Source of the DNA: an uncultured Spirochaetota bacterium
Lineage (GTDB): Bacteria; Spirochaetota; Spirochaetia; SZUA-6; Fen-1364
Direction: 5' to 3'
DNA: 64,000 nt
NCBI GenBank assembly: GCA_963781885.1
Contig: CAWAHW010000002.1
Location: forward strand, 416,001-480,000
The stretch's first letter is position 1; every line of letters begins with the position of its first letter. The notes beneath the pieces are model-generated. The model searched no databases. It was not told the DNA's origin and worked only from the letters and a program-made list of their open reading frames with translations. The position numbers were made by a program, and so were the translations under genes. Shown one piece after another: positions 1 through 9,697 of this stretch.

Positions 1-105
1 CTGAGCCCGGCGGAGAATCTGGTGCGGACGGTGGTCCTTGTCTGCTTTGCGGCATTCTGCGCGGCCTTTACCGGCTATGTCCTCGGCGCGCGCCAGAAGA
101 AGTAG
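1..105 (+). CDS. 3' end of a membrane protein (partial, truncated by window edge)
   Basis: Open frame 1 LSPAENLVRTVVLVCFAAFCAAFTGYVLGARQKK, stop TAG 103-105; hydrophobic helix followed by basic tail. Confidence 0.5.
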   Translation: MSPAENLVRTVVLVCFAAFCAAFTGYVLGARQKK

Positions 106-226
106 CTCCTTGCGGATCGACCGGCGCTGACGAAGCGCGGGCGGCGCCCCATTCCGGCCCGGCCCCCGCCGGCTCCCGGCGCCGAATTGGATGGCAATAG
201 CCCGGCGTTATCCGTACATTCCAAGG

Positions 227-445
227 ATGAGCATATCAAAAGGTTTTGGCGTTGTTCTCCTGATCGCGGGCGTCGTTCTCATCATCGTCGGCATCGTGGC
301 ATCACGTTCCCTGGCAGACAATGTGAGCAACTTTTTCGTCGGGCATTTCACGAAGAGCACCATGTGGTACATCTTCGGCGGCATTGCGTCGGCCGTTCTC
401 GGCCTGCTGTTGACGCTCGGCGTTTTCGGAAAGGCGCGATCATGA
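227..445 (+). CDS. DUF3185-like small two-helix membrane protein
   Basis: MSISKGFGVVLLIAGVVLIIVGI...SNFFVGHFTKSTMWYIFGG matches the DUF3185 pattern; ATG at 227. Confidence 0.7.
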   Translation: MSISKGFGVVLLIAGVVLIIVGIVASRSLADNVSNFFVGHFTKSTMWYIFGGIASAVLGLLLTLGVFGKARS

Positions 446-600
446 ATCTCCTGTTGATCATCGGCATCGTCTTCGTCGCGCTGTGGGTCTTGGGGCTCGT
501 CAGCGCATACACGCTGGGCGGCTTCATCTATGTCGCGCTTGTCGTCGGTTTGGCGCTTGCTGCCATTTCCTTCGTCATGCGACTGCGCCTGCGAAAATAG
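442..600 (+). CDS. lmo0937/DUF5670-like small membrane protein
   Basis: LWVLGLVSAYTLGGFIYVALVV motif; ATGA overlap with upstream gene. Confidence 0.7.
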   Translation: MNLLLIIGIVFVALWVLGLVSAYTLGGFIYVALVVGLALAAISFVMRLRLRK

Positions 601-621
601 CTACGGGGGACGGCGCCCCCC

Positions 622-1881
622 TCACCGCGCCGCGGCAGCCGCCGCGCCCGTCCCGTTCGTCAGAATCCCCAACGCCTGCTTGAGCTGCGGGTCGCTCGCT
701 GCATCGAAGGCCTCGCGCGACATCCCCTTGAGGGAAGCGGGCGTGAGGGGCTCCGCATCCGGTGGCATCGTGACCGCGAGATCGGGAGCGATGCCGGTAT
801 GCCAGATGCTGCGTCCCTTCGGCGTGAGCCATTCCCGGACCGCCAGCCGCAGGACGGAGCCGTCGGAGAGCGGGAAATCGCTCAGCACGGTGCCCGTGCC
901 GAATGTCGTTGCGCCGATCACGGTCGCGCGCCGGGCATCCTGCAGCGCGCCGGCCACGATTTCCGCGGCGCTCGCCGTGCCCCGGTTGACGAGCACCGCG
1001 ACGGGAAGGTTTGTCGCGGCGCCCCTGCCGCTGGCCGCATCGTGCTCGATCGCGCCGTGGGAATCCCTCTCTAATAGCACGTCGCCGCCGCGGAGAAGCT
1101 CGCTCGCCACGGCGATGGCCTCGTTCAGGACGCCGCCCGGATCGTTGCGCATGTCAAGAATGGCGCCCCGCAGGCCCTGCGCCTGGATCCCCCGCAGGGC
1201 CTCCTTCACCGCCCTGTCCGTGCCGGGATTGAAATCCGCGATGCGAAGGTCGGCAACCCTGGTGCCGGGGATCGCGGTCCACGAGACGGAGGTGAAGTGA
1301 ATACGGGTGCGCCGCAGGGTCACGTCGAATTGCCGGTGCGCGGCAGGGTCGGCAATGCTCAGGGTCACGGTCGTTCCGGCAGGGCCGTCGACGCGCGCGA
1401 CGACGTGGGTGAGGTCCATGCCGGCGACGCTTTCTCCATCGACCTTCACGATCTGCTCGCCGGCGCGCAGCCCGGCGGCGATCGCCGGGGAGTTATCCAG
1501 GGGCGCGACGATCTGGACGGCATCGTTTCGCGATTCTATTTCCAGGCCGACGCCGACGTAGTCGCCGCGCAGGAGCGCCCGTTCGTCCTTGACCATCGCC
1601 GGAGAGAGGAAGCCGCTGTGCCCGGTGTCGCCCAGCGCGTCCACCATGCCGGAAATTGCCCCCTGCGTCAGGGCAACGGGCGCGAGGGCGGGCCGGTCCA
1701 CGTACTCGTGATCAATGAGGTCCCATGCCTCGCGGATGAGCGCGAAGTCGGGCTGCGTCGCGGCGGGCGTCGGCGCCGTGCGGCCAGGTCGTGACAGCGC
1801 GTACCGGTCGAACAACGCCCCGAGGGAGAAGGCGGCCACGGCGCCGACGGCGATGAGGAGTGGAGCCGAAATCTTTCGCAT
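622..1881 (-). CDS. ctpA: Carboxyl-terminal processing protease, S41 family (PDZ domain)
   Basis: N-terminal TM; GVGL PDZ loop, DMRNDPGG, TASAAE catalytic Ser, TFGTG, GIAPD. Confidence 0.9.
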   Translation of the reverse strand: MRKISAPLLIAVGAVAAFSLGALFDRYALSRPGRTAPTPAATQPDFALIREAWDLIDHEYVDRPALAPVALTQGAISGMVDALGDTGHSGFLSPAMVKDERALLRGDYVGVGLEIESRNDAVQIVAPLDNSPAIAAGLRAGEQIVKVDGESVAGMDLTHVVARVDGPAGTTVTLSIADPAAHRQFDVTLRRTRIHFTSVSWTAIPGTRVADLRIADFNPGTDRAVKEALRGIQAQGLRGAILDMRNDPGGVLNEAIAVASELLRGGDVLLERDSHGAIEHDAASGRGAATNLPVAVLVNRGTASAAEIVAGALQDARRATVIGATTFGTGTVLSDFPLSDGSVLRLAVREWLTPKGRSIWHTGIAPDLAVTMPPDAEPLTPASLKGMSREAFDAASDPQLKQALGILTNGTGAAAAAAR

Positions 1882-1959
1882 GGTGCATTTAATGTAAGCT
1901 TTTCCGCGGGCTTTGGTCCTGGCCTTGTCGCGTTCACCGCGCGGGAGTACGTTCTTCGC

Positions 1960-2661
1960 ATGCGCGTCTCAGGCCTGCTCCTCGTTCTCCTTTTTGCCGG
2001 GCGGGGTCTCGGCTTTCCGCTGGGCGCCTTCGAGCGTCCGGTGACGCTTGCCGGCACCGTCATCGCCCATGGCCCGGCCGCGCCTGATTTCACCCTGCGC
2101 GACCAGCACGGCGACCCGTTCCACATGGCGGACACGAAGGGGAAGGTCGTCGTCATGTCGTTCATCTACACCCATTGCACCGACCTCTGTCCCTTCATCT
2201 CCGTCAAGCTGAAAGGCGCCCTGAGCCTCCTCGGCGGCGACGCCGGCAAGGCGGTCTTCGTGGCAGTGACGACCGATCCCGCGCGCGACACGCAGGACGT
2301 GATCGCCGCCTACAGTCGCGCGGTAGGCCTTTTCGACTCCTGGCATTTCCTCACCGGCCCGATGGCCGACGTCAAGGACGTCTGGTTCAACGACGGCGTC
2401 GGCGTGGACATCGAGAAGCCGGCCGATGCGGCGGCGACGCAGGGAAGCGCGGAGGACAGCCCGGAACCCACGCAGGGGCTCGCGCCGACGGAAGCCGACC
2501 TGGCGCGCAGCGTGGCGGCTAATTTCGGGGGAGGATACGACGTTTCGCATACCACGCCGTTCTGGATCATCGACCGGCAGGGCAGGCTCCGGGCCATGCT
2601 CGACGCGGACGCAAAGCCGTCGGACATCGCCGGGGACATCCGCGCGCTCATGAGTCGCTGA
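1960..2661 (+). CDS. SCO1/SenC family copper chaperone
   Basis: Signal peptide; FIYTHCTDLCP (CxxxC), TTDPARD, conserved His in YDVSH. Confidence 0.9.
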   Translation: MRVSGLLLVLLFAGRGLGFPLGAFERPVTLAGTVIAHGPAAPDFTLRDQHGDPFHMADTKGKVVVMSFIYTHCTDLCPFISVKLKGALSLLGGDAGKAVFVAVTTDPARDTQDVIAAYSRAVGLFDSWHFLTGPMADVKDVWFNDGVGVDIEKPADAAATQGSAEDSPEPTQGLAPTEADLARSVAANFGGGYDVSHTTPFWIIDRQGRLRAMLDADAKPSDIAGDIRALMSR

Positions 2662-2684
2662 CGGCCGTCGGAGAGGTGTGAAGG

Positions 2685-3239
2685 ATGTTCAGCCCGGTTC
2701 TGCGCGCACAGGGTGAAAGCAGGCTGGTCTATGCGACCTCCGTCGCGTTTCGCATCATGTTGTTCGCCACCGCCATCGTTATCGTCCTGAGCATCGTCGC
2801 GGTCTCCGGGGGATCGTTCTTTGCGCGGTCGAATATCTTCTCCCTGGTCATCGCCGGGATTTGTCTCTTCGCCGCCCTTTTCCGGGAGAGGTGGATCTTC
2901 GACAAGGACGCCAATCTCTTCGAAAAGGACGTCGGATTTCTCTTTTTCCATGCAAGGAAAAGGGCACCCCTTGATGCGCTCCAGAAGGTCCTTCTGCAAG
3001 GACCGGCGTTTCAGCAGGTGGACCCGCCCGCGCTTCTTCGGTGGAATGCGCGCAAGACCGTGACGCTTTCCGTCGTTGACCGCGATGATCGCCTGCATCG
3101 GCTGGACATGGTGAACGGCGGCTCCGTGCGCAACATGAGGAGATCCGCCGAGCGCCTTTCCGCTTTTTGCGCCATCCCGCTCGAGGACGCTACGGGCCTC
3201 AAAGGGGAAAAGGAGATGCGGACTTCGCGAAACCAATAA
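2685..3239 (+). CDS. Hypothetical membrane protein (2 TM plus soluble domain)
   Basis: 184-aa ORF with two hydrophobic segments, co-oriented downstream of SCO. Confidence 0.65.
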   Translation: MFSPVLRAQGESRLVYATSVAFRIMLFATAIVIVLSIVAVSGGSFFARSNIFSLVIAGICLFAALFRERWIFDKDANLFEKDVGFLFFHARKRAPLDALQKVLLQGPAFQQVDPPALLRWNARKTVTLSVVDRDDRLHRLDMVNGGSVRNMRRSAERLSAFCAIPLEDATGLKGEKEMRTSRNQ

Positions 3240-3411
3240 ACGCGGTAAGACGGGCGCTGCCGCGCAAAGGTGTTCCATGAATGTGCTCCAAGTGATCCAC
3301 TTGTCTGGAACATCGATCCGCTCCAATGAAAGTTGTGGGACGTAATAACTCAATAGTATCTAATTTCAATGGCAAGTATTGGAGCTTCTTGTGATATTTC
3401 AGCCGGATAAT

Positions 3412-3427
3412 TGGCACAAATATTGCT
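3412..3427 (+). promoter_or_regulatory. Sigma-54 (-24/-12) promoter for diguanylate cyclase
   Basis: TGGCAC-AAATA-TTGCT matches TGGCAC-N5-TTGCW; RBS AAGGAG and GTG follow about 45 bp downstream. Confidence 0.8.
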
Positions 3428-3479
3428 ATTTCTCGAATGGGCCGGCGCCCTGCGCGCCGCATCATCACAAGGAGCGTAC

Positions 3480-4526
3480 GTGCATCAGATGGATCCTGAA
3501 ATTTGGCAGGCAGGCGCAGAACCGACCGCCGACATGAAGAGCTTCCTGTTCCTCTCGACGGAGCTGCAAAAGGAGAGGGAGCTGCGCGAGCGCATGCTCA
3601 ACCGGATCCAGGACATCGTCTACGTCCTGGACGTCAGGAAGGATCGCCTGGAGTTCATCAGCAGCGAGATCGCGCTGCTGCTCGGCTATCCCTGGCAGCA
3701 CATCCAGCAATGGGGAGACAACCTTTTCCCCACGCTCATGCACCCGGACGACGTTGCGCTGCGCCCGGTCTTCCACGCGCGGCTTTCCACCCTGCGCGAC
3801 GGCGAGCAGCTCGACGTGCAGTACCGCATGCGCGACGCGTGCGGCGAATGGCGATGGCTGCGCAGCCGCGAGACGGTGCTCGAGCGCGCGGAGGACGGGG
3901 AGCCGGTGCGCGTGCTGGGAATCGCGGAGGATTTCACCTCGCGCAAGCGGGACGAGGATCGGCTGCGGGAGATGGCGCTCATCGACGAGCTCACGGGTCT
4001 CCGCAATCGCCGGGGCTTCCTCGCGATCGCCGAGCAGTACATGCGCATTGCGCGCCGACAGAGCCAGAGGTTCTCCCTCCTTTTCATCGACCTGGACCGC
4101 TTCAAGGCGATCAACGACACCCACGGCCACGCCGAAGGGGACGGCGCCCTCCGCACGGCGGCCGCCGTCTTGCAGAAGACCTTCCGCACGAGCGACATCC
4201 TCTGCCGCTACGGGGGTGACGAGTTCGCGGCGCTCGCGGTGGACACCGCGGAGCAGGGCTCCGACGTCCTCCGCCTGAGGATTCGCATGAATCTGGACGC
4301 GTGCAACGCGGCGTCGTCCAAGCCCTATCGGCTGGACTTTTCCATCGGCACCTTCATCTTCGATCCTTCGCGCCGCGAAGAGGCCGTGAGCGACGCCAGT
4401 CTTTTCGCGGAGGCGATCCGCAAGGCCGACGAGGCCATGTACAGGGACAAGACCGCCCGGCGATCCGAGCGCGCGGGAGTCGCCCTGCGCACGGTCGCGG
4501 CTCCGGAAACGGCAGACGGTCAGTAG
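3480..4526 (+). CDS. PAS domain diguanylate cyclase
   Basis: PAS_3 (HPDD...YRMR...GEWRW), DELTGLRNR, IDLDRFKAINDTHGH, RYGGDEF; GTG start after AAGGAG. Confidence 0.92.
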   Translation: MHQMDPEIWQAGAEPTADMKSFLFLSTELQKERELRERMLNRIQDIVYVLDVRKDRLEFISSEIALLLGYPWQHIQQWGDNLFPTLMHPDDVALRPVFHARLSTLRDGEQLDVQYRMRDACGEWRWLRSRETVLERAEDGEPVRVLGIAEDFTSRKRDEDRLREMALIDELTGLRNRRGFLAIAEQYMRIARRQSQRFSLLFIDLDRFKAINDTHGHAEGDGALRTAAAVLQKTFRTSDILCRYGGDEFAALAVDTAEQGSDVLRLRIRMNLDACNAASSKPYRLDFSIGTFIFDPSRREEAVSDASLFAEAIRKADEAMYRDKTARRSERAGVALRTVAAPETADGQ

Positions 4527-5605
4527 AGACCGGGAACGATTCTCCGCGGGACCCGCCGGACGTACTCCGCCCACAGCGCGCCGTACTTGGCCGCACAGCG
4601 GCGCTCATCTGCCCGCTCGCGCGGGATGAGCAGGACCAGGTAGTACACCGGATAGAGCCAGACCACCCACAGGCCGGGCCAGCCCAGGACCAGGGTCAGA
4701 CCGGCAGCCATGAGTATTTCACCGAGATAATTCACGTGCCGCGACACCGCCCAAAACCCGCTGCACAGAAGCGCGTGCTCCCCGTCGCGGAGCGATCGCG
4801 GCTTGATGATGCCCAGGAGGGCGCGCTCGGGATGCGTCTTGAAGAAGAACTTCTGCATGTTGGCGCCGCGCGACAGCGTCCAGCCGGCGAAAAAGACGAC
4901 GCTGTAGATCACGAGGAGCCATGACGCGGTGTGGGGATCCGGCAGATCCGTCGTCGCCCACAGCCCCACCAGGTAAAAGTAGGGATAGAAGGTGAAGCAG
5001 CCCCAGACGAGCTTGAAGCCCACGCGTTCCGCGAAGATGTCGTAGGTGTAGAGATGCACGCGCTCGAACACCAGGTAGTCCACCACGAACCAGAAGAAGA
5101 GGCACGTGTAGACGACCGTTCCCGGCGAGAGGTGCGAACCGAAGGTGATGATGTGGTGGGCCAGGAATGAAAGGATGTTCAGGGCAAGCATCGTCGCGCC
5201 CACCAGGTAGAGGAACATTTTCGCATCGACGCGGCTGTTGAGGAACTGGCGGTTCTCCGTCCGCCCGAGATACAGCTCGGCCGGGAAGGGGCGGCCGTTG
5301 CCCCGTGCCGACAGGACCATGACGAAGCTGAAGGCGAGCCCCAGGGCGCAGGAGCCGGCCAGGCCCGCCCAGCGATGGAGGTACAGCCAGTCCCAGGGGA
5401 AAAGACCCGCGCGTCCCGCGAGCGCCCAGAGCGCGATCATGATGAGGAGAACGAGCGGGCCGTTCAGCCGGTAGGTGAGCGGCTCATCGGTCTGGACGTC
5501 GCGTACGTATCCCACGACCCGGCGGGCCGGAAGGGCGACATGCACGATCAGGATGAGGGCGTAGATGATCCAAGGCGCGAAGAATCCCGCAATGAAGTCC
5601 ATCAT
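4520..5605 (-). CDS. ERG4/ERG24 (sterol reductase / lamin B receptor-like) multi-pass membrane protein
   Basis: YRLNG, YLGRTEN, TYDIFAERVGFKLVWG, GANMQKFFFK, LLCSGFWAVSRHVNYLGE, RERADERRCAAKYG..W.EY...VP.RIVPGLY. Confidence 0.85.
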   Translation of the reverse strand: MMDFIAGFFAPWIIYALILIVHVALPARRVVGYVRDVQTDEPLTYRLNGPLVLLIMIALWALAGRAGLFPWDWLYLHRWAGLAGSCALGLAFSFVMVLSARGNGRPFPAELYLGRTENRQFLNSRVDAKMFLYLVGATMLALNILSFLAHHIITFGSHLSPGTVVYTCLFFWFVVDYLVFERVHLYTYDIFAERVGFKLVWGCFTFYPYFYLVGLWATTDLPDPHTASWLLVIYSVVFFAGWTLSRGANMQKFFFKTHPERALLGIIKPRSLRDGEHALLCSGFWAVSRHVNYLGEILMAAGLTLVLGWPGLWVVWLYPVYYLVLLIPRERADERRCAAKYGALWAEYVRRVPRRIVPGLY

Positions 5606-6441
5606 GGCATTGCCTCCTTTGCCGGAGCCAGATTGCTCGTCGATCCCGCCATGATGCCGATGGCGGCGCGGCGGGAGAGGAGGCGGCTCATGAGCCCGTG
5701 AGCCGCGCCATTGACGAAACCGGGAATGGAAAGCGGTCCGCGCCCCAGCGCGCGCAGCGCCCGCTCGGCAACCACCGATGGATCGAGCGTGCCCGGCGCA
5801 TCCCGGCCCGCGGCAGCGGCGTAGCCGGGCGTGCGGATGGCCCCGGCGCAGCAGGCGATCACGTCGATCCCTTTGCCTTTCAGCTCCCGCCAAAGGCCTT
5901 CCGCCAGCACCCTGTTGAAGGCCTTGCTCGCTGCATAGGCGGCGAGCCGCGGCGAGCCCTGGTCGCCGGCAAGGGAAGACATCAGGACGATGGCGCCCCG
6001 CTTCCGCGCGACCATGGACGGCAGGACCATGTGCAGAAGCGTCACCGGTCCGCGGACGTTCACATCCACCACGCGCAGGAGGTCGGCGTCGCTTGCCGCG
6101 GCGAAGTCGCCCACGGGAGCATGCGCGGCGTTGTACACAAGAAGCCCCAGGTCAAGATCGGAGATCGCAGCGCGGAGCTTATCGGTGAATAGGGGCGACG
6201 CAAGGTCTCCGTCGAGACAGAGGGTCTCGATGCCGTGCTGCCGGCGCATCTCTTCCGACAGGCTGTCGAGCAGTTCCCTGCGCCGCGCGACCAGCAGGAG
6301 ATTCATCCCGCGATCCGCCAAGGCCCGCGCATATGCCGCACCCAGACCCTGTGACGCGCCGGCGACAAGAGCCCAGCGGCCGTAGCGTTCGGGGAAACCT
6401 TTCTTCCGCGGCAGCTTCGAGCCAGTCTTTCGATGTGCCAT
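5602..6441 (-). CDS. Short-chain dehydrogenase/reductase (17beta-HSD/KAR-like subfamily)
   Basis: YGRWALVAGASQGLG, YNAA, MSS, YAASK; ATGA overlap with the downstream reductase. Confidence 0.9.
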   Translation of the reverse strand: MAHRKTGSKLPRKKGFPERYGRWALVAGASQGLGAAYARALADRGMNLLLVARRRELLDSLSEEMRRQHGIETLCLDGDLASPLFTDKLRAAISDLDLGLLVYNAAHAPVGDFAAASDADLLRVVDVNVRGPVTLLHMVLPSMVARKRGAIVLMSSLAGDQGSPRLAAYAASKAFNRVLAEGLWRELKGKGIDVIACCAGAIRTPGYAAAAGRDAPGTLDPSVVAERALRALGRGPLSIPGFVNGAAHGLMSRLLSRRAAIGIMAGSTSNLAPAKEAMP

Positions 6442-6510
6442 CTGCCTCCCTCGGTCGGAGGCAGGCTACTATCGGCTGCCTACTCTGTCAACCTATGTAC
6501 AAAGGCAGCC
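6442..6510 (-). promoter_or_regulatory. Sigma-70 promoter overlaid by repeated AGGCAG/CTGCCT half-sites
   Basis: TTGACA (6491-6486)-N17-TAGCCT (6468-6463); inverted repeats 6442-6449/6457-6464 and 6474-6481/6503-6510. Confidence 0.6.
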
Positions 6511-6552
6511 TTGGCACGATGGCCTTCGTCTCCCAGCACCAAGCTCATTCCC

Positions 6553-7188
6553 TTACGCCACTGTGACGACGTCCGCGGAGGCAAGGAACCTCTCCGTTAT
6601 TTCGTAGAGATTTGAGACCCGTCCCGCGCCCAGCGATTCCTTGAGGTGGTAATAGTCGAGACACGTCCCGCAGACGAGGATTTCCGTCCCCTTTGCTTCG
6701 ATGGTCTTGAGAAGCTCGATGGTCTCCGCGCGTTCGGCCGCCAGACGGACGCCGGAGTTCATGAGCACAAGGGTCTTTGGCGGTCGTGAAAGCTCGCTCA
6801 CCGCATAGAGGAGCCCTTTCACGAGGAGCTTCCCCAGGGTCTCGTCGCCGCGGCCGATCTGATCGGCGGAGAAGAAAAGCGTTTTTCCGCCGAGCTGCGG
6901 CGCGGCGATCTGCGGCTCCTCCTCGCACGCGGGGGCCGGCTCGCCGCCTCCCGCCTTTGCGATCATGGCGGGCGACACCGCGGCGCTGATGGTGTGCACG
7001 CTGCCGGCGCTCACGACGCGCGGCTCCGCGGCGCCCGTGAACTTCAGGAAGCGCACGACGTTTTCCCGCGCCGCGTCGTTGTCCACGGTGATTTCCATCT
7101 CACTGAGGCCTCCGACGGCCATCGTCTTGCGGCAGAGGATCACCGGCTGGGGGCAGGCAAGACCCTTCGCATCGATCGATTTCTTCAT
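6553..7188 (-). CDS. yedF: Sulfurtransferase-like selenium metabolism protein (TusA plus DsrE-like domains)
   Basis: IDAKGLACPQPV (CPxP), IGRGDETLGKLL, ILVCGTCLDYY, GRVSNLYEI. Confidence 0.9.
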   Translation of the reverse strand: MKKSIDAKGLACPQPVILCRKTMAVGGLSEMEITVDNDAARENVVRFLKFTGAAEPRVVSAGSVHTISAAVSPAMIAKAGGGEPAPACEEEPQIAAPQLGGKTLFFSADQIGRGDETLGKLLVKGLLYAVSELSRPPKTLVLMNSGVRLAAERAETIELLKTIEAKGTEILVCGTCLDYYHLKESLGAGRVSNLYEITERFLASADVVTVA

Positions 7189-7423
7189 AGCTTTTGCGCC
7201 CCTCCTTCAGGACCACGCGATAGGCAACGCGCCGGGATTCCAGCGCGAACCACCACGCGGGAAGGGCGTCAGCGCCTCCCGCGGCGAGAAGCGAAAACCC
7301 GCAGCCCCGGCTGACGCCAGGCGGCGTCGGCACGAGGGCCACCGGGACGCCGCGGCCTTTCAGGAGCCCTTCGGCGGAAAGCGTCTGGTGAATGCCCTCG
7401 AAGACGACCAGCAGCTCAGGCAA
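7100..7423 (-). CDS. DUF3343 domain protein (putative Se/S carrier)
   Basis: LVVFEGIHQTLSAEGLLK...LVPTPPGVSRGCGFSL; TTG start overlapping selD stop; start uncertain. Confidence 0.75.
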   Translation of the reverse strand: MPELLVVFEGIHQTLSAEGLLKGRGVPVALVPTPPGVSRGCGFSLLAAGGADALPAWWFALESRRVAYRVVLKEGRKSYEEIDRCEGSCLPPAGDPLPQDDGRRRPQ

Positions 7424-8442
7424 GCTCCACCATTCCCGCGCCATCCACCGCGGCGCCGACGAGCGCGGCGGCAATTCCCGCGTCGCGCATTTCCGCAAGG
7501 ACGGCATCGGCCTGGTCCGCCGCGACCGCCGCCAGAAGGCCGCCGGAAGTCTGGGGATCGAAGAGGAGGTTCATGTCATCCTCGCCGCAACCCCTCGTGT
7601 TGAGGACGAAGCGCAGTCGGAAGTCCTTGTTGCGGTAGGTGCCTTCCGGGACGAGGCCCATTGCGGCGTAGTCCCTCACGTTCGGGAGAAAGGGCACCGC
7701 ATTGGCGAAGATCCGGACATTGCACGCCGTTTCTGCCGCCATCTCGCAGGCATGACCGAGCAGCCCGAAGCCGGTGACGTCCGTGCAGGCGTGCACGTCG
7801 TGGCGCTGGAGGATCTGCGATGCCTTTCTGTTGAGCGCGGCCATGCCATCACACGCCGCCGTCAGCGCTTCCGCGGAGGCAAGGCCTCCCCGTGCCGCTG
7901 TCGTGATGACTCCCGTGCCGATCGGCTTTGTGAGGATGATGCTCTCCCCGCCCGGCAAGCGCGTTGTTCAACCACACCCTGTCGGGGTGCACGATACCGG
8001 TCACGGCGTAGCCGAACTTCAGCTCCTTGTCGTCGATGCTGTGACCGCCGACAAGCGGGCATTCGGCTTCCTCCAAACCGGCAAGACCTCCGTCCATCAT
8101 CTTCCGCAGCACCGCGATATCCAGCGACCCGACGGGGAAGCCCACCACCGCAACCGCCGTGCAGGGCTTTCCGCCCATCGCGTAGACGTCCGACAGCGCG
8201 TTGGCAGCCGCAATCCTTCCATAGAGAAAGGGGTCGTCCACGATGGGGGGGAAGAAGTCGATCGTGTGGACAAGGGCCTGCTGGGCGTTGAGCCGCAGGA
8301 CGCCGGCGTCCTCGCTGCGCCTGAAGTCGGCGATCAGATCGGGGTACTCCCGTTGGGAAAGGCCGCAGAGCGCCTCGTCCAGCAGACCGGGGCCCAGCTT
8401 TGCAGCGCACCCGGCGAACCGGGAAAATGATGTGAGATTCAC
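7416..8442 (-). CDS. selD: Selenide, water dikinase (Cys form), one frameshift near 7955
   Basis: [39 protein letters not shown]; C-terminal half [28 protein letters not shown] lies in another frame. Confidence 0.92.
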
Positions 8443-9617
8443 GTGATTGCTCCAATCTCCTGAAAGGCTGCCACGGCGCGGTCGATTTCATCCGGCCGCG
8501 TGAAGGGCCCCGGCGATACCCTGATCGTGCCGCCGCTTTCTCGCGTGCCTATCGCGCGATGCGCGGCAGGGGCGCAGTGCAATCCCATGCGGCACGCGAT
8601 GCCACGCTCGTCCAGAAGACGCGCAAGCTCGTCGACCGGGATTTTTTCGTGCGTGATGGAGAAGAGGGAGAGCCTTTCTTCCCGGCTTTCGGGTCCGTAC
8701 ATGACGAAGCCGGGTGTCGAAGAGATGGCGCGGCGCAATATCTCCGCCGCCTGTCTCCTGCGTGTCGCCAGCTCCGCAAGGCCTTCTTTCTCCACGAAAC
8801 GGATCGCCGCCAGAAGTCCGGCCAGTGCCGGCAGATTCATCGTGCCGCTTTCATACCTGTCGGGCAGGAAGTCGGGCTGCTCTTCCGAGTCGGAGCGGCT
8901 TCCCGTGCCGCCGTAGACAAGCGGGGCAGGCCGGGCGCGCGGCCCCAGGAAGAGCAGCCCCAGGCCGGCGGGGGCAAGCAGCCCCTTGTGGGGGGAGACG
9001 CAGAAGAAATCGCAGGGAAAAGAGGCAAGGTCGATGGGCACCTCACCGGCGGCCTGCGCGGCGTCTATTCCAACGAGCGTGCCGGGGGAAAGACGCGCGC
9101 ATAGCTCCGCCATCTCCTGGAACGGAAAAAGGCTGCCGGTCACATTGCTTGCCGCCATGAAGAGGAGAAGCTTCGGCCGCGCGCCAAGGGTTTCACGGAA
9201 CGAATCCATGTCCGGCGACCCGCGCGACGTGCAGGCGAAAGGCCGCACGGCGCAGCCCCGCTCTTTTTCCAGCGCCCGCAGGGGACGCATGACCGCGTTG
9301 TGCTCCATGCCGGATACCGCCACCGTGTCGCCGGGCTGGAGAATGCCGCGCGCGATGAGATTCAGGGATGCCGTCGTGCCCGGTGTGAAGATGAGATGCG
9401 AGCTGTCGGGGAAGCCGAAGAAGGCAGCCGTGGCCGTCCGCGCCTCATACACGAGCCTGTCCGCCGAATGGACCGCGGCGTGCGTGCCCCTGCCCGGGCT
9501 TCCATAGGGTTGCCGCAGGGATTCCGCGACAGCCTCCGGCACCCCGGGCGCCTTTGGAAAGCTCGTCGCCGCATTGTCGAGGTAGATGAGGGCCGGGCGG
9601 GACGTCACGCGGGACAT
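8439..9617 (-). CDS. Cysteine desulfurase family PLP enzyme (aminotransferase class V)
   Basis: [39 protein letters not shown]. Confidence 0.9.
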   Translation of the reverse strand: MSRVTSRPALIYLDNAATSFPKAPGVPEAVAESLRQPYGSPGRGTHAAVHSADRLVYEARTATAAFFGFPDSSHLIFTPGTTASLNLIARGILQPGDTVAVSGMEHNAVMRPLRALEKERGCAVRPFACTSRGSPDMDSFRETLGARPKLLLFMAASNVTGSLFPFQEMAELCARLSPGTLVGIDAAQAAGEVPIDLASFPCDFFCVSPHKGLLAPAGLGLLFLGPRARPAPLVYGGTGSRSDSEEQPDFLPDRYESGTMNLPALAGLLAAIRFVEKEGLAELATRRRQAAEILRRAISSTPGFVMYGPESREERLSLFSITHEKIPVDELARLLDERGIACRMGLHCAPAAHRAIGTRESGGTIRVSPGPFTRPDEIDRAVAAFQEIGAIT

Positions 9618-9697
9618 AGTAGCAGGTCGATCCCTACCTGTGTAGAATCCCCGTCGAAAGAGGCGAGGGCCGTGAATCGACGGAAAAGGGGTTTCGC

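Noticed and set aside
6442-6464. RBS-sequestering hairpin or riboswitch before the SDR
   Set aside because: The predicted TSS (about 6456) falls inside the hairpin, so a DNA operator explains it better
7940-7970. Programmed frameshift in selD
   Set aside because: No recognisable slippery heptamer, and similar indels occur in unrelated genes
8400-8415. Sec codon in the SelD active site
   Set aside because: The codon is TGC (Cys): FAGCAAK
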